A stretch of DNA of 64,000 nt, from NCBI GenBank assembly GCA_027618655.1, contig JAQCEL010000001.1, positions 2,238-66,237 of the forward strand. Reading direction: 5' to 3'. The DNA is from Pseudomonadota bacterium (GTDB lineage: Bacteria > Pseudomonadota > Gammaproteobacteria > Ga0077536). The notes under the pieces are model-generated. The model was not told where the DNA came from. It ran no database searches and saw nothing but the letters and a program-made list of their open reading frames with translations. Shown here piece by piece: positions 23,456 to 34,476 of the stretch; within the stretch, counting starts at the first letter, position 1, and the number at the start of each line of letters is the position of its first letter. The position numbers and the translations under genes were made by a program.

Positions 23456-24673
23456 CTAAACGACTTGACCCATCTTGAAAATTGGCAAGTACATAGCAAT
23501 TACGAGTCCACCAATAATGACCCCAAGCACCGCCATGATGATGGGTTCTAAAAGGCTCGTTAACGCATCGACGGCGTCGTCGACCTCTTGCTCATACCAG
23601 TCGGCGACCTTACTGAGCATCGCGTCAAGCGCGCCCGATTCTTCACCAATCGCCACCATTTGCACGACCATGTTGGGGAAAAGATCGATGTCCCGCATAC
23701 TCACTTGGAGTTGCGTTCCAGTAGCAATCTCGTCCCGCATCTTCAGCGTGCCCTCATAAAACACGATATTGCCGCATGCACCCGCAACAGAGCTCATCGC
23801 TTCTACCAATGGCGTTCCGGCCGCGAACATGGTCGATAAAGTACGTGCGAACCGTGCAATGGCTGATTTCTCTAGAATATCGCCGATCACTGGAAGTTTT
23901 AACGAAATTCGATCCACGAAATGTGCGAATTTTTTAGATCTCTGTTTTAACTTCATTAATCCAACTACCGCACCAATGATCCCGCCGATTAATACCCACC
24001 AGAATTCTTGGAACCATTTCGACATGTTGATCACGACCTGCGTTAGCGCAGGGAGATCAGCTCCGAAGCCGGAAAACAATTCTTGGAACTGGGGGATCAC
24101 GAAGATCATTAAAATGCAGGTAATGACAAAGGCCACGACGACAACGGCGATGGGGTAAAACAATGCGCCTTTGATCTTGGATTTCAGGGCCTCGGTTTTC
24201 TCCATGTATGTCGCTAGTTTATGGAGGATTTCTTCTAAGATACCGGCGTGTTCACCTGCGGTTACAAGATTTACATACAATTCGTCGAATTGCAGAGGGT
24301 GCTTGCCAAGCGCTTCATTCAATTGGGTGCCCGATTCGACGTCGCCTTTAATCGCTAAAATGAGCTCTTGCATAGCCTTGTTTTCATGACCACGGCCAAC
24401 GATTTCGAACGACTGAACGAGCGGGACACCGGATGACATCATTGTCGCTAACTGGCGTGAGAACACCGTAATGTCCTTGGTCGTGATTTTGCCTCCGGCC
24501 GCGAACAGTGATTTTGGCTTTTTCTTTACCTTTAGTGGGTTGACGCCTTGGCGGCGCAGCGTCGCTTTAATCAAAGCGTCGCTGCGGCCCGACATCTCGC
24601 CTTTCACACGCTTGCCGTGGCGATCGACGCCCTCCCAGACGAACATGTCTGATTTTACTGCTGCTTCCGCCAT
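23456..24673 (-). CDS. pilC: type IV pilus inner-membrane platform protein PilC
   Basis: 405-aa GspF/PilC family protein with two repeated domains. Confidence 0.9.
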   Translation of the reverse strand: MAEAAVKSDMFVWEGVDRHGKRVKGEMSGRSDALIKATLRRQGVNPLKVKKKPKSLFAAGGKITTKDITVFSRQLATMMSSGVPLVQSFEIVGRGHENKAMQELILAIKGDVESGTQLNEALGKHPLQFDELYVNLVTAGEHAGILEEILHKLATYMEKTEALKSKIKGALFYPIAVVVVAFVITCILMIFVIPQFQELFSGFGADLPALTQVVINMSKWFQEFWWVLIGGIIGAVVGLMKLKQRSKKFAHFVDRISLKLPVIGDILEKSAIARFARTLSTMFAAGTPLVEAMSSVAGACGNIVFYEGTLKMRDEIATGTQLQVSMRDIDLFPNMVVQMVAIGEESGALDAMLSKVADWYEQEVDDAVDALTSLLEPIIMAVLGVIIGGLVIAMYLPIFKMGQVV

Positions 24674-24676
24674 GAT

Positions 24677-26395
24677 TTACTCCACTGTTACGCGGTTGAT
24701 TTCCGCGAGGCTCGTAATAGCGGCTCTTGCCTTGGCGAGACCCGATTTCCGAATATCCCAAATCCCTTCCGCGGCCGCTTGGTCGGCGAGATGCACGGCG
24801 TTCGCCCCTTCAATAATCAGGCGCTTCATCGCATCGGAAATCGGCATCACTTGGTAAATACCACAACGGCCTTTGTAGCCACTCGGGCAATCGGCCCCGC
24901 CGTTTCCCGGCGCAAACAGTTTCACGCCAGCGTCGATTTCTTCTTGAGTGAAACCTTCGTCGAGTAGTGCTTCGGGAGGAATATCAAGTGGAACTCGGTA
25001 ATCTGGATGTAAGCGGCGCGCCAGACGTTGTCCGGTAATTAGATTAATAGTCGTTGCGACGGCAAACGGTTGTATGCCCATATCCTGCAGACGCGTTAGG
25101 GTCTGCGGTCCATCGTTCGTATGCAGCGTAGACATAACCATGTGGCCGGTCTGGGCGGCCTTAACACCGATGGATGCTGTTTCTAAGTCGCGGATCTCAC
25201 CGACTAAAATGATATCCGGGTCTTGACGCAGGAATGCTTTTAGCGCCTTCGGGAAAGTCATTCCAGTGCGTTCGTCAACTTGCACCTGATTGACACCTGC
25301 AAGATTGATTTCAACGGGATCTTCGGCCGTCGAAATATTGATGTCCTCTTGATTTAGGATATTTATCCCAGTGTACAGCGAAACCGTTTTGCCACTACCG
25401 GTTGGACCCGTCACGAGAAACATGCCGTAGGGTTTATGTAAATTCTTCAGGAACAAGTCCTTCTGAAAATCTTCATAGCCGAGTTGGTCAATCTGTAATT
25501 TTGCGGCATCCGAATCGAGGATACGCATTACCGTTTTTTCGCCGAATAAGGTTGGGCAGGTACTCACACGAAAATCGATCGATTTCGTTTTAGATAACTT
25601 AAGTTTGATACGCCCATCTTGTGGGACACGTCGCTCTGAAACGTCAAGTCGCGACATCACCTTAATGCGCGCAGCAATTTTGCTTGCTAAGGCCAACGGG
25701 GGTTTGGCGATTTCCTCGAGCACACCATCGATACGAAATCTAACCCGGTAAAATTTTTCGTAAGGTTCAAAATGTAAGTCCGATGCGCCTTTCTTGATTG
25801 CATCTAGCAGCACTTTGTTTACAAAGCGTACCACCGGAGCATCATCAATTTCTGATTCTTCTTCTTTTTCCGCCGGACCACCGCCGACTTCGAGATCGTC
25901 GAGGCTGTCGAAACCGTCGTCGTCCATGTCGCCGAGTCCACTGTCGGCTGCTTCGATTGCGCGCTCGATGGCTTTCGCAAGTTTATCTTCTTCAATGACG
26001 ATGGCTTCGGTGTTTGCACCGATATGAAACTTAATTTCATCGAGCGCCTGTAAGTTCGTCGGATCAGACACGCCAATGTAGACGCGGTTACCGCGTCGAA
26101 ATAATGGGACGGCGTGGTGTTTCCTGATTAATTCTTCACTAACCAGCTTCAGGACGTCAGGGTCGAGGTCCATAGCCTCAATATCGAGTAGCGGCACACC
26201 AAATTCCTGTGACGCAGCGTCAGCGATAATTTTCGCGGTGCTGATTTTATTGTCGACAAGGAATTTAACGAACGGGAGTTTGTTGTCTAGCGCTGCGCGG
26301 TACGCGTCTTGGGCGGACGTCTCATCAAGCAGACCGTCCGCTACGAGTTTTCTGGCGAGGCCGCTCAATGGTACCCGATTAGTGGATACTGCCAT
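24677..26395 (-). CDS. pilB: type IV pilus assembly ATPase PilB
   Basis: 572-aa GspE-family ATPase with GPTGSGKT Walker A and a tetracysteine CPSGYKGRCG motif. Confidence 0.93.
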   Translation of the reverse strand: MAVSTNRVPLSGLARKLVADGLLDETSAQDAYRAALDNKLPFVKFLVDNKISTAKIIADAASQEFGVPLLDIEAMDLDPDVLKLVSEELIRKHHAVPLFRRGNRVYIGVSDPTNLQALDEIKFHIGANTEAIVIEEDKLAKAIERAIEAADSGLGDMDDDGFDSLDDLEVGGGPAEKEEESEIDDAPVVRFVNKVLLDAIKKGASDLHFEPYEKFYRVRFRIDGVLEEIAKPPLALASKIAARIKVMSRLDVSERRVPQDGRIKLKLSKTKSIDFRVSTCPTLFGEKTVMRILDSDAAKLQIDQLGYEDFQKDLFLKNLHKPYGMFLVTGPTGSGKTVSLYTGINILNQEDINISTAEDPVEINLAGVNQVQVDERTGMTFPKALKAFLRQDPDIILVGEIRDLETASIGVKAAQTGHMVMSTLHTNDGPQTLTRLQDMGIQPFAVATTINLITGQRLARRLHPDYRVPLDIPPEALLDEGFTQEEIDAGVKLFAPGNGGADCPSGYKGRCGIYQVMPISDAMKRLIIEGANAVHLADQAAAEGIWDIRKSGLAKARAAITSLAEINRVTVE

Positions 26396-26791
26396 GCTCT
26401 AGGTGCCTTTAATTTTAGTGGGCATATGAGCCAAAATGGTAGATGAAAAGCCGGTAAATAGCTACTGCGTCGACAAATTTCCGCGCAGTTTGAGACTTTG
26501 CGCACGGCCTAATTCCATGCGATTTAGGCGACAGCTGCCGTTAATTAAGATGCTGCTCGAGTGCCCCATCTCGGTGCTCGAATGGCAGTACACATGACCT
26601 GCTGATCGGATCCGTTCGTTCCCTGACTCGGTAAGCTCGAACACGTGTTTTCAAGGCGATCTCCCCCGTCGACAGACAAGGTCAATTTTGGGACTACTTC
26701 CAGCAAAACTAACGATATGCCGTTGTCTCAGCAGCGCAGTAGATTGTTCCTAAGTCCGACAGGCTGCTAGCGCGGCTGGAATGAGGATGTC

Positions 26792-27124
26792 TCACTCGAG
26801 TTCGAGAGCTGCAAGACCGTTGGTCTGGAATTTCGCATGCGGATACCCGGTTACTCCGCCAGTTTCCACGACGTGCGCGCGCACCGATTCGACTGACAAG
26901 CCGTGCGCGTCTATCAGTGCGCCGTCGTGCTCAATGATGGCGATAATTTTAGCGCCATCTTCTTCTTGAAGAATTTTCGACGCATAGTAGCCGACGTTAC
27001 CGAGGCCTTGAACGATGATGCGTTTGCCGTACAAGCTTCTGAACAATCCGGTCAATGACACATCATTCGGATGCCGAAAGAATTCTCGGAGCGCATACGC
27101 GACGCCTCTACCTGTTGCTGCCAC
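26792..27124 (-). pseudogene. glutamate (Glu/Leu/Phe/Val) dehydrogenase remnant, internal fragment only
   Basis: The 110-aa ORF contains the NAD(P)-binding Rossmann motif GKRIIVQGLGNVGYYA, typical of GDH. A full enzyme is about 420 aa. No N-terminal catalytic domain or C-terminus is encoded nearby. Confidence 0.5.
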
Positions 27125-27364
27125 TCTCCCGCGAATGCCGCCACGCGCGCGACACTTTCACTGAAAGACCACTGGCCCTCTATCGACATTCGAATTCTCC
27201 TGTAATCTGCTGGAAATGATATCGGTATTCCATCCGCCGCTCCTAAAAACCGAGCGAGTTTGCAAACAGGTACTTTTGCGGAGCCTCCGCAGAGATCATC
27301 AACGCGCTCGGAATATGCCGATGCAATGTTTCAATCGATGGGATTTCTGCGCTAATGTGCCGTG

Positions 27365-28102
27365 TCAGGGGTCTTGCAGCCACGCAAAAGTCGCCATGCG
27401 TCCTGTCACACCGTCCCGTCGGTAAGAAAAGAATTGCTTTCGGTCGCCGTATGTACAGCCCTGATAGCGACTCAAATTCCGCACCCCCAGTGCATAAAGT
27501 TGCGATTGCGCAAGTGAATACAAATCCGCATGCCACGTGCCGAGTGTGTGTCGAAAGGCCGATCCATAAGCCTCGTTGCGACTCATAAACCGATCGCGAA
27601 AGTCACTATCGACGACGTAGGCGTCGATGCTAATGCCTGGACCGATCCAAGCGATTAGGCGTGCAGCCGGCGCGCGAAAGTGATCTATCGCTGATGGCAC
27701 GATACCTTCCATGAGGCCTTTCCAACCTGCATGGATGCACGCAATTTCCTGCCCCAGATCGTCGGAGATGATAATTGGCAGGCAGTCCGCGCTCATGATC
27801 GCACAGACGACGTCAACCTGATCAGTGTAGGAGCCATCCGCGTTAGGTACTTCGGAGCGCGAAATCTCGTGCGCGTTCATTACGCGGGTCCCGTGAACTT
27901 GGTTCAACCAACGTGGCGCGCCAGGGAGGTGCGCGGCTTCTGTCACGATACGGCGATTTTCGCTAACGGAGGCGACATCGTCGCCCACGTGCATTGCTAG
28001 GTTAAGGCCGCTGAATTTGCCTCGACTGGCCCCCCCTATGCGCGTTGTTGTAAACGCCCGGACCGTTCTTGGAAACGCAACATCAGGCGATATTGTTATC
28101 AC
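27365..28102 (-). CDS. pgeF: peptidoglycan editing factor PgeF (YfiH, DUF152 laccase-domain protein)
   Basis: 245 aa with TTRIGGAS and NQVHG motifs, followed by conserved His/Cys residues. Canonical pgeF-rluD / bamD arrangement. Confidence 0.85.
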   Translation of the reverse strand: MITISPDVAFPRTVRAFTTTRIGGASRGKFSGLNLAMHVGDDVASVSENRRIVTEAAHLPGAPRWLNQVHGTRVMNAHEISRSEVPNADGSYTDQVDVVCAIMSADCLPIIISDDLGQEIACIHAGWKGLMEGIVPSAIDHFRAPAARLIAWIGPGISIDAYVVDSDFRDRFMSRNEAYGSAFRHTLGTWHADLYSLAQSQLYALGVRNLSRYQGCTYGDRKQFFSYRRDGVTGRMATFAWLQDP

Positions 28103-28105
28103 AAA

Positions 28106-29068
28106 TCAATCACTTAAAGAAGATAAATCGATCGCTAACGCGCCAAGCAGCTGCCGCATATCACCAGGCATTGGGCTTTCGACGCAGAGACTATGCGAAT
28201 TTATTGGATGCTCGAATTCTAGCTGTCGCGCATGGAGCGCCTGACGTGGGAAGTAGCGAAGATAATTTTCGAGTTCGACATGCGGTTGTGGGGGTAGAAG
28301 CAAGCGACCGCCATAGCGACCGTCACCTACGACCGGATGACCAATATGCGCCAAATGGACCCGGATCTGGTGCGTTCGGCCTGTTTCTAATTCGACTTCC
28401 AGATGCGTATGCATCCGAAATTTAGCACCAATTCGATAATGCGTCACGGCGCGGCGCCCACCCTCGCGGACCGTCATGCGCGTTCGATTAGCGGGGTCCC
28501 GTCCAATTGCCGCGTCAACAGTGCCACCCGAGATGAACTTTCCGTTTACAACCGTATCGTAAATTCTTTTGATTCCACGCGCCGCCATTTGTTTGATAAG
28601 CAACTGATACGCATTACTGTTTCGGGCCACAATCAGCAGACCGGAGGTATTTTTGTCGAGACGATGGATGAGACCAGCGCGCGGTAGTGCCGCGAGTTCC
28701 GGAAAAATCTGGATAAGACCGTTTGCCAGCGTGTTCCGAGCATTTCCGGCGCCCGGGTGGACCACGCAACCTGCAGGCTTGTTGACGACGATACAATCCT
28801 CGTCAGCATGCACGACCTCGAAGTCCACGACGTCCGGTTGCAGGTCTTTACTTGCTTCAAGGATCGCTGTTAATTGAACTACGTCGCCGGTCCTCACTGC
28901 GTAGCGCGGGCGACAAATTTGAGCATTCACGGTGACGTGACCAGATTCGATCCACAACTTGATTGACGAGCGCGAATATTCGGAAAACAGTTTAGCCAGC
29001 GCCTGATCAAGCCGCATGCCCGCCTCCGCTGCACCGAATTCGGCGTTATGATGTCGGACTTCGCTCAT
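28106..29068 (-). CDS. rluD: 23S rRNA pseudouridine(1911/1915/1917) synthase RluD
   Basis: S4 domain followed by RluA-family catalytic motif HRLDKNTSGLLIVARN. Confidence 0.9.
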   Translation of the reverse strand: MSEVRHHNAEFGAAEAGMRLDQALAKLFSEYSRSSIKLWIESGHVTVNAQICRPRYAVRTGDVVQLTAILEASKDLQPDVVDFEVVHADEDCIVVNKPAGCVVHPGAGNARNTLANGLIQIFPELAALPRAGLIHRLDKNTSGLLIVARNSNAYQLLIKQMAARGIKRIYDTVVNGKFISGGTVDAAIGRDPANRTRMTVREGGRRAVTHYRIGAKFRMHTHLEVELETGRTHQIRVHLAHIGHPVVGDGRYGGRLLLPPQPHVELENYLRYFPRQALHARQLEFEHPINSHSLCVESPMPGDMRQLLGALAIDLSSLSD

Positions 29069-29157
29069 AGGATTCGCTCTAACGTGCTGGGATAGTGTTG
29101 TGTGGTGCGGATAAATACTTAGTCATACAATAGCGCGAAACGCATCGCCAGGACCTT

Positions 29158-29997
29158 ATGAACGAATTATCTCCTCACATGAAGTTGCGACCAAATACTA
29201 TCGTCACGATAGTGCGCCCCGTGTTGCTGAGTTGCCTAATCGCGGCATTACTTAGCACGCTCGGCTGTAGCCTGTTCGGCGAGAAATCGGAGGATGATTC
29301 GCCCGATAACTGGCCCGAGCAGAAGCTTTATCTCGCAGCCAAGGATTCGCTCGATACCGGACAATGCGGGGGCGCAATCGAAAATTACCAACGCTTGCAG
29401 TCTCGTTACCCATTCGGTCCGTACTCGGCGCAAGCGATGCTTGAGCTTGCGTACTGCTATTATAAGTCCGAGAACTCGGCCGATGCGTTAGGTCAGATCG
29501 ATCGATTTCTGCAACTCAATCCCACGCATCCACACACTGATTATGCTTATTACCTGCGCGGACTGATCAATTTCAACATCGGTCGGGGATTGACATCGCG
29601 AATCATTGCGCGCGATCCTTCGCAGCGTGATCCTGGCGCAGCATTGCGTTCGTTTAAGGATTTTTCTGGCTTGATTCAGGAGTTTCCTAAGAGTCGCTAC
29701 GTCGAAGATTCCGAACTACGTATGCGCCATTTGCGCAATATCCTGGCGCAGCACGAAGTTAACGTCGCGAATTTCTACATGCGCCGTGGCGCGTTCGTCG
29801 CAGCCGCAAATAGAGCGCGCAACGTTGTCGAAAATTTTCAGCAGACTCCCGCCATGCCAGAGGCTTTGGTGCTGTTAGCAAAATCCTATAAGGTTCTTGA
29901 GATGAACGATTTGTCTAACGACGCCCTTAGAGTCCTTGAACTTAATTATCCGAACCATCCCGGCATAACGGAAGTCAACAAAACGGCAGTTCGCTGA
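29158..29997 (+). CDS. bamD: outer membrane protein assembly factor BamD (lipoprotein)
   Basis: Lipoprotein signal peptide ending in LGC, followed by TPR-like repeats. Divergent from rluD, as in many gammaproteobacteria. Confidence 0.88.
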   Translation: MNELSPHMKLRPNTIVTIVRPVLLSCLIAALLSTLGCSLFGEKSEDDSPDNWPEQKLYLAAKDSLDTGQCGGAIENYQRLQSRYPFGPYSAQAMLELAYCYYKSENSADALGQIDRFLQLNPTHPHTDYAYYLRGLINFNIGRGLTSRIIARDPSQRDPGAALRSFKDFSGLIQEFPKSRYVEDSELRMRHLRNILAQHEVNVANFYMRRGAFVAAANRARNVVENFQQTPAMPEALVLLAKSYKVLEMNDLSNDALRVLELNYPNHPGITEVNKTAVR

Positions 29998-30008
29998 TGC
30001 GCGACGTT

Positions 30009-31664
30009 CTAGCCACCGACTGAAGAGGGTGGGATAGGCACCTGCTCGCTGTAGCGCGAGGTTATTGGAAAGCGTCGGTCACGCCCAAACGCGCGTTTCG
30101 ATATCCGTTTTCGGTCTTTGTCACAACGCCTTTTATACTCATTGCGGTCGACCATTTTTGTTACTCGCAGGACGGCCTCGAGGTCGAAGCCTTTTTCCGA
30201 TATCTGCAATGGCGTTAAATCGTTCTCAATATAGTCTTCGAGGATCGGATCAAGAATATCGTACGGCGGTAGGCTATCGGTGTCAGCCTGGTCAGGTGCC
30301 AGCTCAGCCGTCGGTGGCCGTTCTATCACCCGTTCCGGAATAACCATTGATTGACTGTTACGCCACTTCGATAGCTCATAGACCAAGGTTTTCGGCACGT
30401 CCTTCAGTGGCGCAAACCCGCCGGCCATATCGCCGTATAAGGTTGCATAACCAACGGACATTTCGCTCTTATTGCCGGTTGCCAAGACCATCTGCCCGAA
30501 CTTGTTTGAAATAGCCATTAATATGACGCCGCGGCACCGTGCCTGCATATTTTCTTCCGTGACGTCGGCTTCGCTATCAGCAAACAGATCGTGAAGGACG
30601 TCGTTGAATGCGCCGAATGGTTTTTCGATCGGGATCACGTGGCACTCACAGCCCTGACGTTGAGCCTGCTCTAAGGCGTCATCGATACTCATCTGGGCGG
30701 TATATCGAGAAGGCATCGAAACCGCGCGGACGCGTTCTGCGCCGATTGCGTCGACGGCGATGGCTAAGGTTAAGGCCGAATCGATCCCCCCCGACAAACC
30801 CAGTACCGCGCCGGGGAAATTGTTCTTCGCGATGTAATCTCTGACACCCAGCACTAACGCTGCATAGACGTTTTCAAGACGATCCATGTAGCGATCATCC
30901 GGACCGTCAAACACGAGCTGATTATTCGATCGCGTGATCTCAACCACTGCGACCGTCTCTTCAAACTCTTTCACGTTCACGACGACTTCACCGGATCCGT
31001 CTACAATTAATGAACCGCCGTCGAACACGAGTTCGTCCTGCCCGCCAACTAAATTAATGTAGACGATAGGCAGCCCTGATACTGCCGTGGCGGCTCGCAA
31101 CGCCTTCAATCTCGCGCTACGTTTCTCGATCCGGTAGGGCGATGCATTGATGTTGAGGATTAATTCGGCGCCCGCTGAAAGTGCTGCGGCAGCCGTTTGC
31201 GGCTCCCAAATATCTTCGCAAATGTTAATAGACAGGCGAATACCGGCGACTTCAACAACGCACGTTTCGGTTCCTGCAGTGAAATAACGCTTCTCATCGA
31301 ACACGGCGTAGTTTGGCAGCTGGTGCTTTTGGTAGCGCGCGATTAACGCCCCATCGCGAATAACCGAGCAGCTATTGAAAATATCCTTACCCGCTTGTTC
31401 AGGATGCCCCAGCACAACCGTTATTCCGCGCGTGGCGCGCGAAATTAATGCAATAGCGCGCTCGACTCTGCGATGTAGATCAGGACGAAACAACAGATCT
31501 TCTGGCGGGTAACCCGTGATCGCGAGTTCAGGAAATGCGATTAAATCGATCTGCGATCGATCGCGCGCGTGGGCGATCGTCTCGATGATCTTCGACGTAT
31601 TACCCTCGATATCACCCACGCAAAAATTTAGCTGGGCTAGACCCAGCCTAAGACGTCCGCTCAT
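30009..31664 (-). CDS. nadE: glutamine-dependent NAD+ synthetase NadE
   Basis: 551 aa with an N-terminal CN-hydrolase (nitrilase) domain and a C-terminal NAD synthetase domain (SGGIDSA). Confidence 0.9.
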   Translation of the reverse strand: MSGRLRLGLAQLNFCVGDIEGNTSKIIETIAHARDRSQIDLIAFPELAITGYPPEDLLFRPDLHRRVERAIALISRATRGITVVLGHPEQAGKDIFNSCSVIRDGALIARYQKHQLPNYAVFDEKRYFTAGTETCVVEVAGIRLSINICEDIWEPQTAAAALSAGAELILNINASPYRIEKRSARLKALRAATAVSGLPIVYINLVGGQDELVFDGGSLIVDGSGEVVVNVKEFEETVAVVEITRSNNQLVFDGPDDRYMDRLENVYAALVLGVRDYIAKNNFPGAVLGLSGGIDSALTLAIAVDAIGAERVRAVSMPSRYTAQMSIDDALEQAQRQGCECHVIPIEKPFGAFNDVLHDLFADSEADVTEENMQARCRGVILMAISNKFGQMVLATGNKSEMSVGYATLYGDMAGGFAPLKDVPKTLVYELSKWRNSQSMVIPERVIERPPTAELAPDQADTDSLPPYDILDPILEDYIENDLTPLQISEKGFDLEAVLRVTKMVDRNEYKRRCDKDRKRISKRAFGRDRRFPITSRYSEQVPIPPSSVGG

Positions 31665-31721
31665 GGCCTTGTTTCAGAATCAAAGTAGTTGGCGGCAACA
31701 TTAGCTATTGCCGCCAATAAG

Positions 31722-32597
31722 TTACGATTGCAGCGCGGCCTTCATCGCTGAACCGAGTTCGGCAGGCGATCGCACCGTATACACACCGGCTGATTCGAGC
31801 GCGGCGAACTTGTCGTCTGCTGTGCCCTTGCCGCCCGAGATTATGGCCCCCGCATGTCCCATCCGTTTGCCGGCCGGCGCAGTGACACCAGCGATATATC
31901 CAACGACAGGCTTAGTCACATTGGATGAGATGAATTCGGCCGCTTCTTCTTCTGCGGACCCGCCAATTTCTCCAACCATGATGATCCCTTTAGTTGCGTC
32001 ATCGGCTTGGAACAGCCTGAGGCAATCGATGAAATTCATACCTTGAATAGGGTCGCCGCCGATCCCAACGCAAGTTGTCTGCCCGAGACCAGCCTGGGTT
32101 GTCTGATGAACCGCTTCGTAGGTGAGCGTTCCTGAGCGCGAGACGATGCCAATCTTACCGGGCAGGTGTATTGCGCCAGGCATAATTCCCATCTTGCATT
32201 CTCCGGGTGTGATAACCCCAGGACAGTTTGGACCAATTAGATAAATGTCTGGCCGATTCATTAAGCTCGCTTTTACGCGCAACATGTCGAGCACGGGTAT
32301 GCCTTCCGTAATACAAGCAATCACTTGGATGCCCGCATCAGCTGCCTCAACAATCGCATCCGCAGCGAACGGTGGCGGTACGAATATCATCGTGGCAGTC
32401 GCACCCGTAGCTGCAACCGCTGCGTGCACGGTATCGTAGACTGGCAAGCCGAGATGTAACTCTCCGCTGCGCCCAGGTGTCACGCCACCGACAACTTTCG
32501 TACCGTAAGCAAGCGCTTGCTCAGCGTGAAAGGTGCCTTGTTTGCCAGTAAAACCTTGGACCAGCACCTGGGTCGTTTTATCAACGAGTATAGACAT
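31722..32597 (-). CDS. sucD: succinyl-CoA synthetase alpha subunit
   Basis: CoA-binding and ligase-CoA domains ([19 protein letters not shown], active-site His region GHAGAII). Confidence 0.95.
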   Translation of the reverse strand: MSILVDKTTQVLVQGFTGKQGTFHAEQALAYGTKVVGGVTPGRSGELHLGLPVYDTVHAAVAATGATATMIFVPPPFAADAIVEAADAGIQVIACITEGIPVLDMLRVKASLMNRPDIYLIGPNCPGVITPGECKMGIMPGAIHLPGKIGIVSRSGTLTYEAVHQTTQAGLGQTTCVGIGGDPIQGMNFIDCLRLFQADDATKGIIMVGEIGGSAEEEAAEFISSNVTKPVVGYIAGVTAPAGKRMGHAGAIISGGKGTADDKFAALESAGVYTVRSPAELGSAMKAALQS

Positions 32598-32599
32598 GG

Positions 32600-33766
32600 T
32601 TATTTTCCTCCTACCGCAGCAACGACTTTCGCGGCCGCATCGGCGAGATTCTCGGCGCTTGTAATTGCCAGATCACTTTCGGCTAGTAATTTCTTGCCTT
32701 CTTCGACTTTCGTACCTTCCAGACGTACGACAACGGGCACGTTTACCCCAACTTCTTTTACGGCTTGAATGATACCTTCAGCAATTAGGTCGCAGCGCAC
32801 GATTCCGCCGAAGATATTGACTAAAATGGCCTCTACCTTCGGGTCAGAAACAATAATTTTAAACGCTTCTGCAACTCGCTGCGCCGTGGCACCGCCGCCG
32901 ACGTCTAAGAAATTGGCGGGTTCCCCGCCGCTCAATTTAATGATGTCCATGGTGGCCATTGCGAGCCCTGCGCCATTGACCATGCAGGCGATATTGCCGT
33001 TTAGAGTCACGTAGTTCAGGTCAAATTCCTGCGCCTTGCGCTCCTTTTCGTCTTCCTGGCTAGGGTCGCGCCAGGCGGCAATGCCGCTTTGTCGGTAGAG
33101 CGCGCTGTCATCGACATTAATCTTCCCGTCGAGGGCGGCAAGGCTGCCATCTTTTAAAATCGCCAGCGGATTTATCTCGACAAGACTTAAATCCTTGTCG
33201 ATGAATAGTCGATAGAGACCTTTTAGAAATGTACTCAGCTGTTTGCGCTGATCGGAATTGAGCTCCAGCGCAAAGCCAACGAGTCGACATTGGTAGTCCT
33301 GAACACCGAGGACCGGGTCGATCCCAATTGTAATGATCTTTTCGGGGGTTGTTGCCGCGACCTCCTCAATATCCATACCCCCAGCCCGCGAAGCCATAAA
33401 CGTTACCCGGCGCGAGCCGCGATCAACGACGGCGCCCAGGTACAACTCGTGCGCGATATCCGCCGCCGAGTCGACCAACACAATATTTACCGGTTGTCCG
33501 TCCGGGCCGGACTGGTGCGTGATTAACTGAGTGCCAAGGAGCGCGCGCGCCGCAGTTTCTACTTCATCGATGCTTTTAGTGAACTTTACGCCGCCTGCCT
33601 TGCCGCGTCCGCCGGCGTGCACTTGTGCTTTAACCAACCACGCATTGCCGCCCAAGGCCTTCGCGTTCGCCGCAGCCTCTGCCGGGGTGCTAGCTGGTTT
33701 ACCCGGCAGGATTGCGATGCCGTAGTCCTGAAAAAGCGATTTCGCTTGGTATTCATGGAGATTCAT
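32600..33766 (-). CDS. sucC: succinyl-CoA synthetase beta subunit
   Basis: MNLHEYQAK is a typical SucC N-terminus. ATP-grasp domain present. Confidence 0.95.
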   Translation of the reverse strand: MNLHEYQAKSLFQDYGIAILPGKPASTPAEAAANAKALGGNAWLVKAQVHAGGRGKAGGVKFTKSIDEVETAARALLGTQLITHQSGPDGQPVNIVLVDSAADIAHELYLGAVVDRGSRRVTFMASRAGGMDIEEVAATTPEKIITIGIDPVLGVQDYQCRLVGFALELNSDQRKQLSTFLKGLYRLFIDKDLSLVEINPLAILKDGSLAALDGKINVDDSALYRQSGIAAWRDPSQEDEKERKAQEFDLNYVTLNGNIACMVNGAGLAMATMDIIKLSGGEPANFLDVGGGATAQRVAEAFKIIVSDPKVEAILVNIFGGIVRCDLIAEGIIQAVKEVGVNVPVVVRLEGTKVEEGKKLLAESDLAITSAENLADAAAKVVAAVGGK

Positions 33767-34140
33767 TTATTCACCTAAAACCTGTCATGCGGAGGTTGAT
33801 AGTTGTAATTTTGGTTGCTACAAAGTGGCGACATGGCTCGCGGTTGGCTCTTTCTATCCCGAGCCGCACTTTTCCCAGGCAGCTAGGCTCTTTTCGAAAA
33901 TTTCAATGAGGCGCCACGTCGACGTCATGTTCGAGCGGTGAGACTATAGCGAATTACCTGGTGTTATTGAACGGCGATCGGGTATTTGATTCATCGATTA
34001 CGGTGGAACTGGCCGGCTTACTATAACAAAGACGCAATTTTGGCTTTAGATTAGCCGAATGAAATGGTTAAGCAACGCTCGAACCCGGACCTACTACGTT
34101 GTTGGGACTGTGCTAATCCTCGTCGGGTTCTTCAGCATCG

Positions 34141-34476
34141 TTGAACTGGTCACTCGATCGTAACGACGTATATCGCCTTATGACCGCGAGCACGCAACAA
34201 GCAGTGTATGGGCGATTACATTTCGCCAAGGGACTGACTCTGAAAGGGATATTCGACGGATTCCAACGTTACAATGAAATATTGAATGAGATTGCGAAAG
34301 TCGAAGGAACGGTGTGGCCGGATAATTCGAACCAGGTTGGGCATCTATACGAGAACTTCGTCGACCGATTACATTTTTCGAGGTTGGGATCCGAAGCAAT
34401 GGCAATGAACTTTTTACTGGCAGTGCTTGGGAAAATTGAGCCGCAGCCCGCCGGACCCCAGCAAGGTGCTCAGTAA
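34141..34476 (+). CDS. hypothetical protein
   Basis: 111-aa ORF with no recognisable motifs. The ATG at ~34180 (MTASTQQ) is a plausible true start. Confidence 0.3.
   Translation: MNWSLDRNDVYRLMTASTQQAVYGRLHFAKGLTLKGIFDGFQRYNEILNEIAKVEGTVWPDNSNQVGHLYENFVDRLHFSRLGSEAMAMNFLLAVLGKIEPQPAGPQQGAQ

Noticed and set aside
27243-27536. 97-aa minus-strand ORF next to the GDH remnant
   Set aside because: Overlaps the 3' end of pgeF in another frame. Only vague resemblance to a GDH N-terminus. Cannot be supported without alignment.
34059-34140. Sequence gctcgaacccggacc resembling a tRNA T-arm
   Set aside because: No complementary acceptor stem or anticodon arm could be folded around it. No tRNA gene is called in this window.
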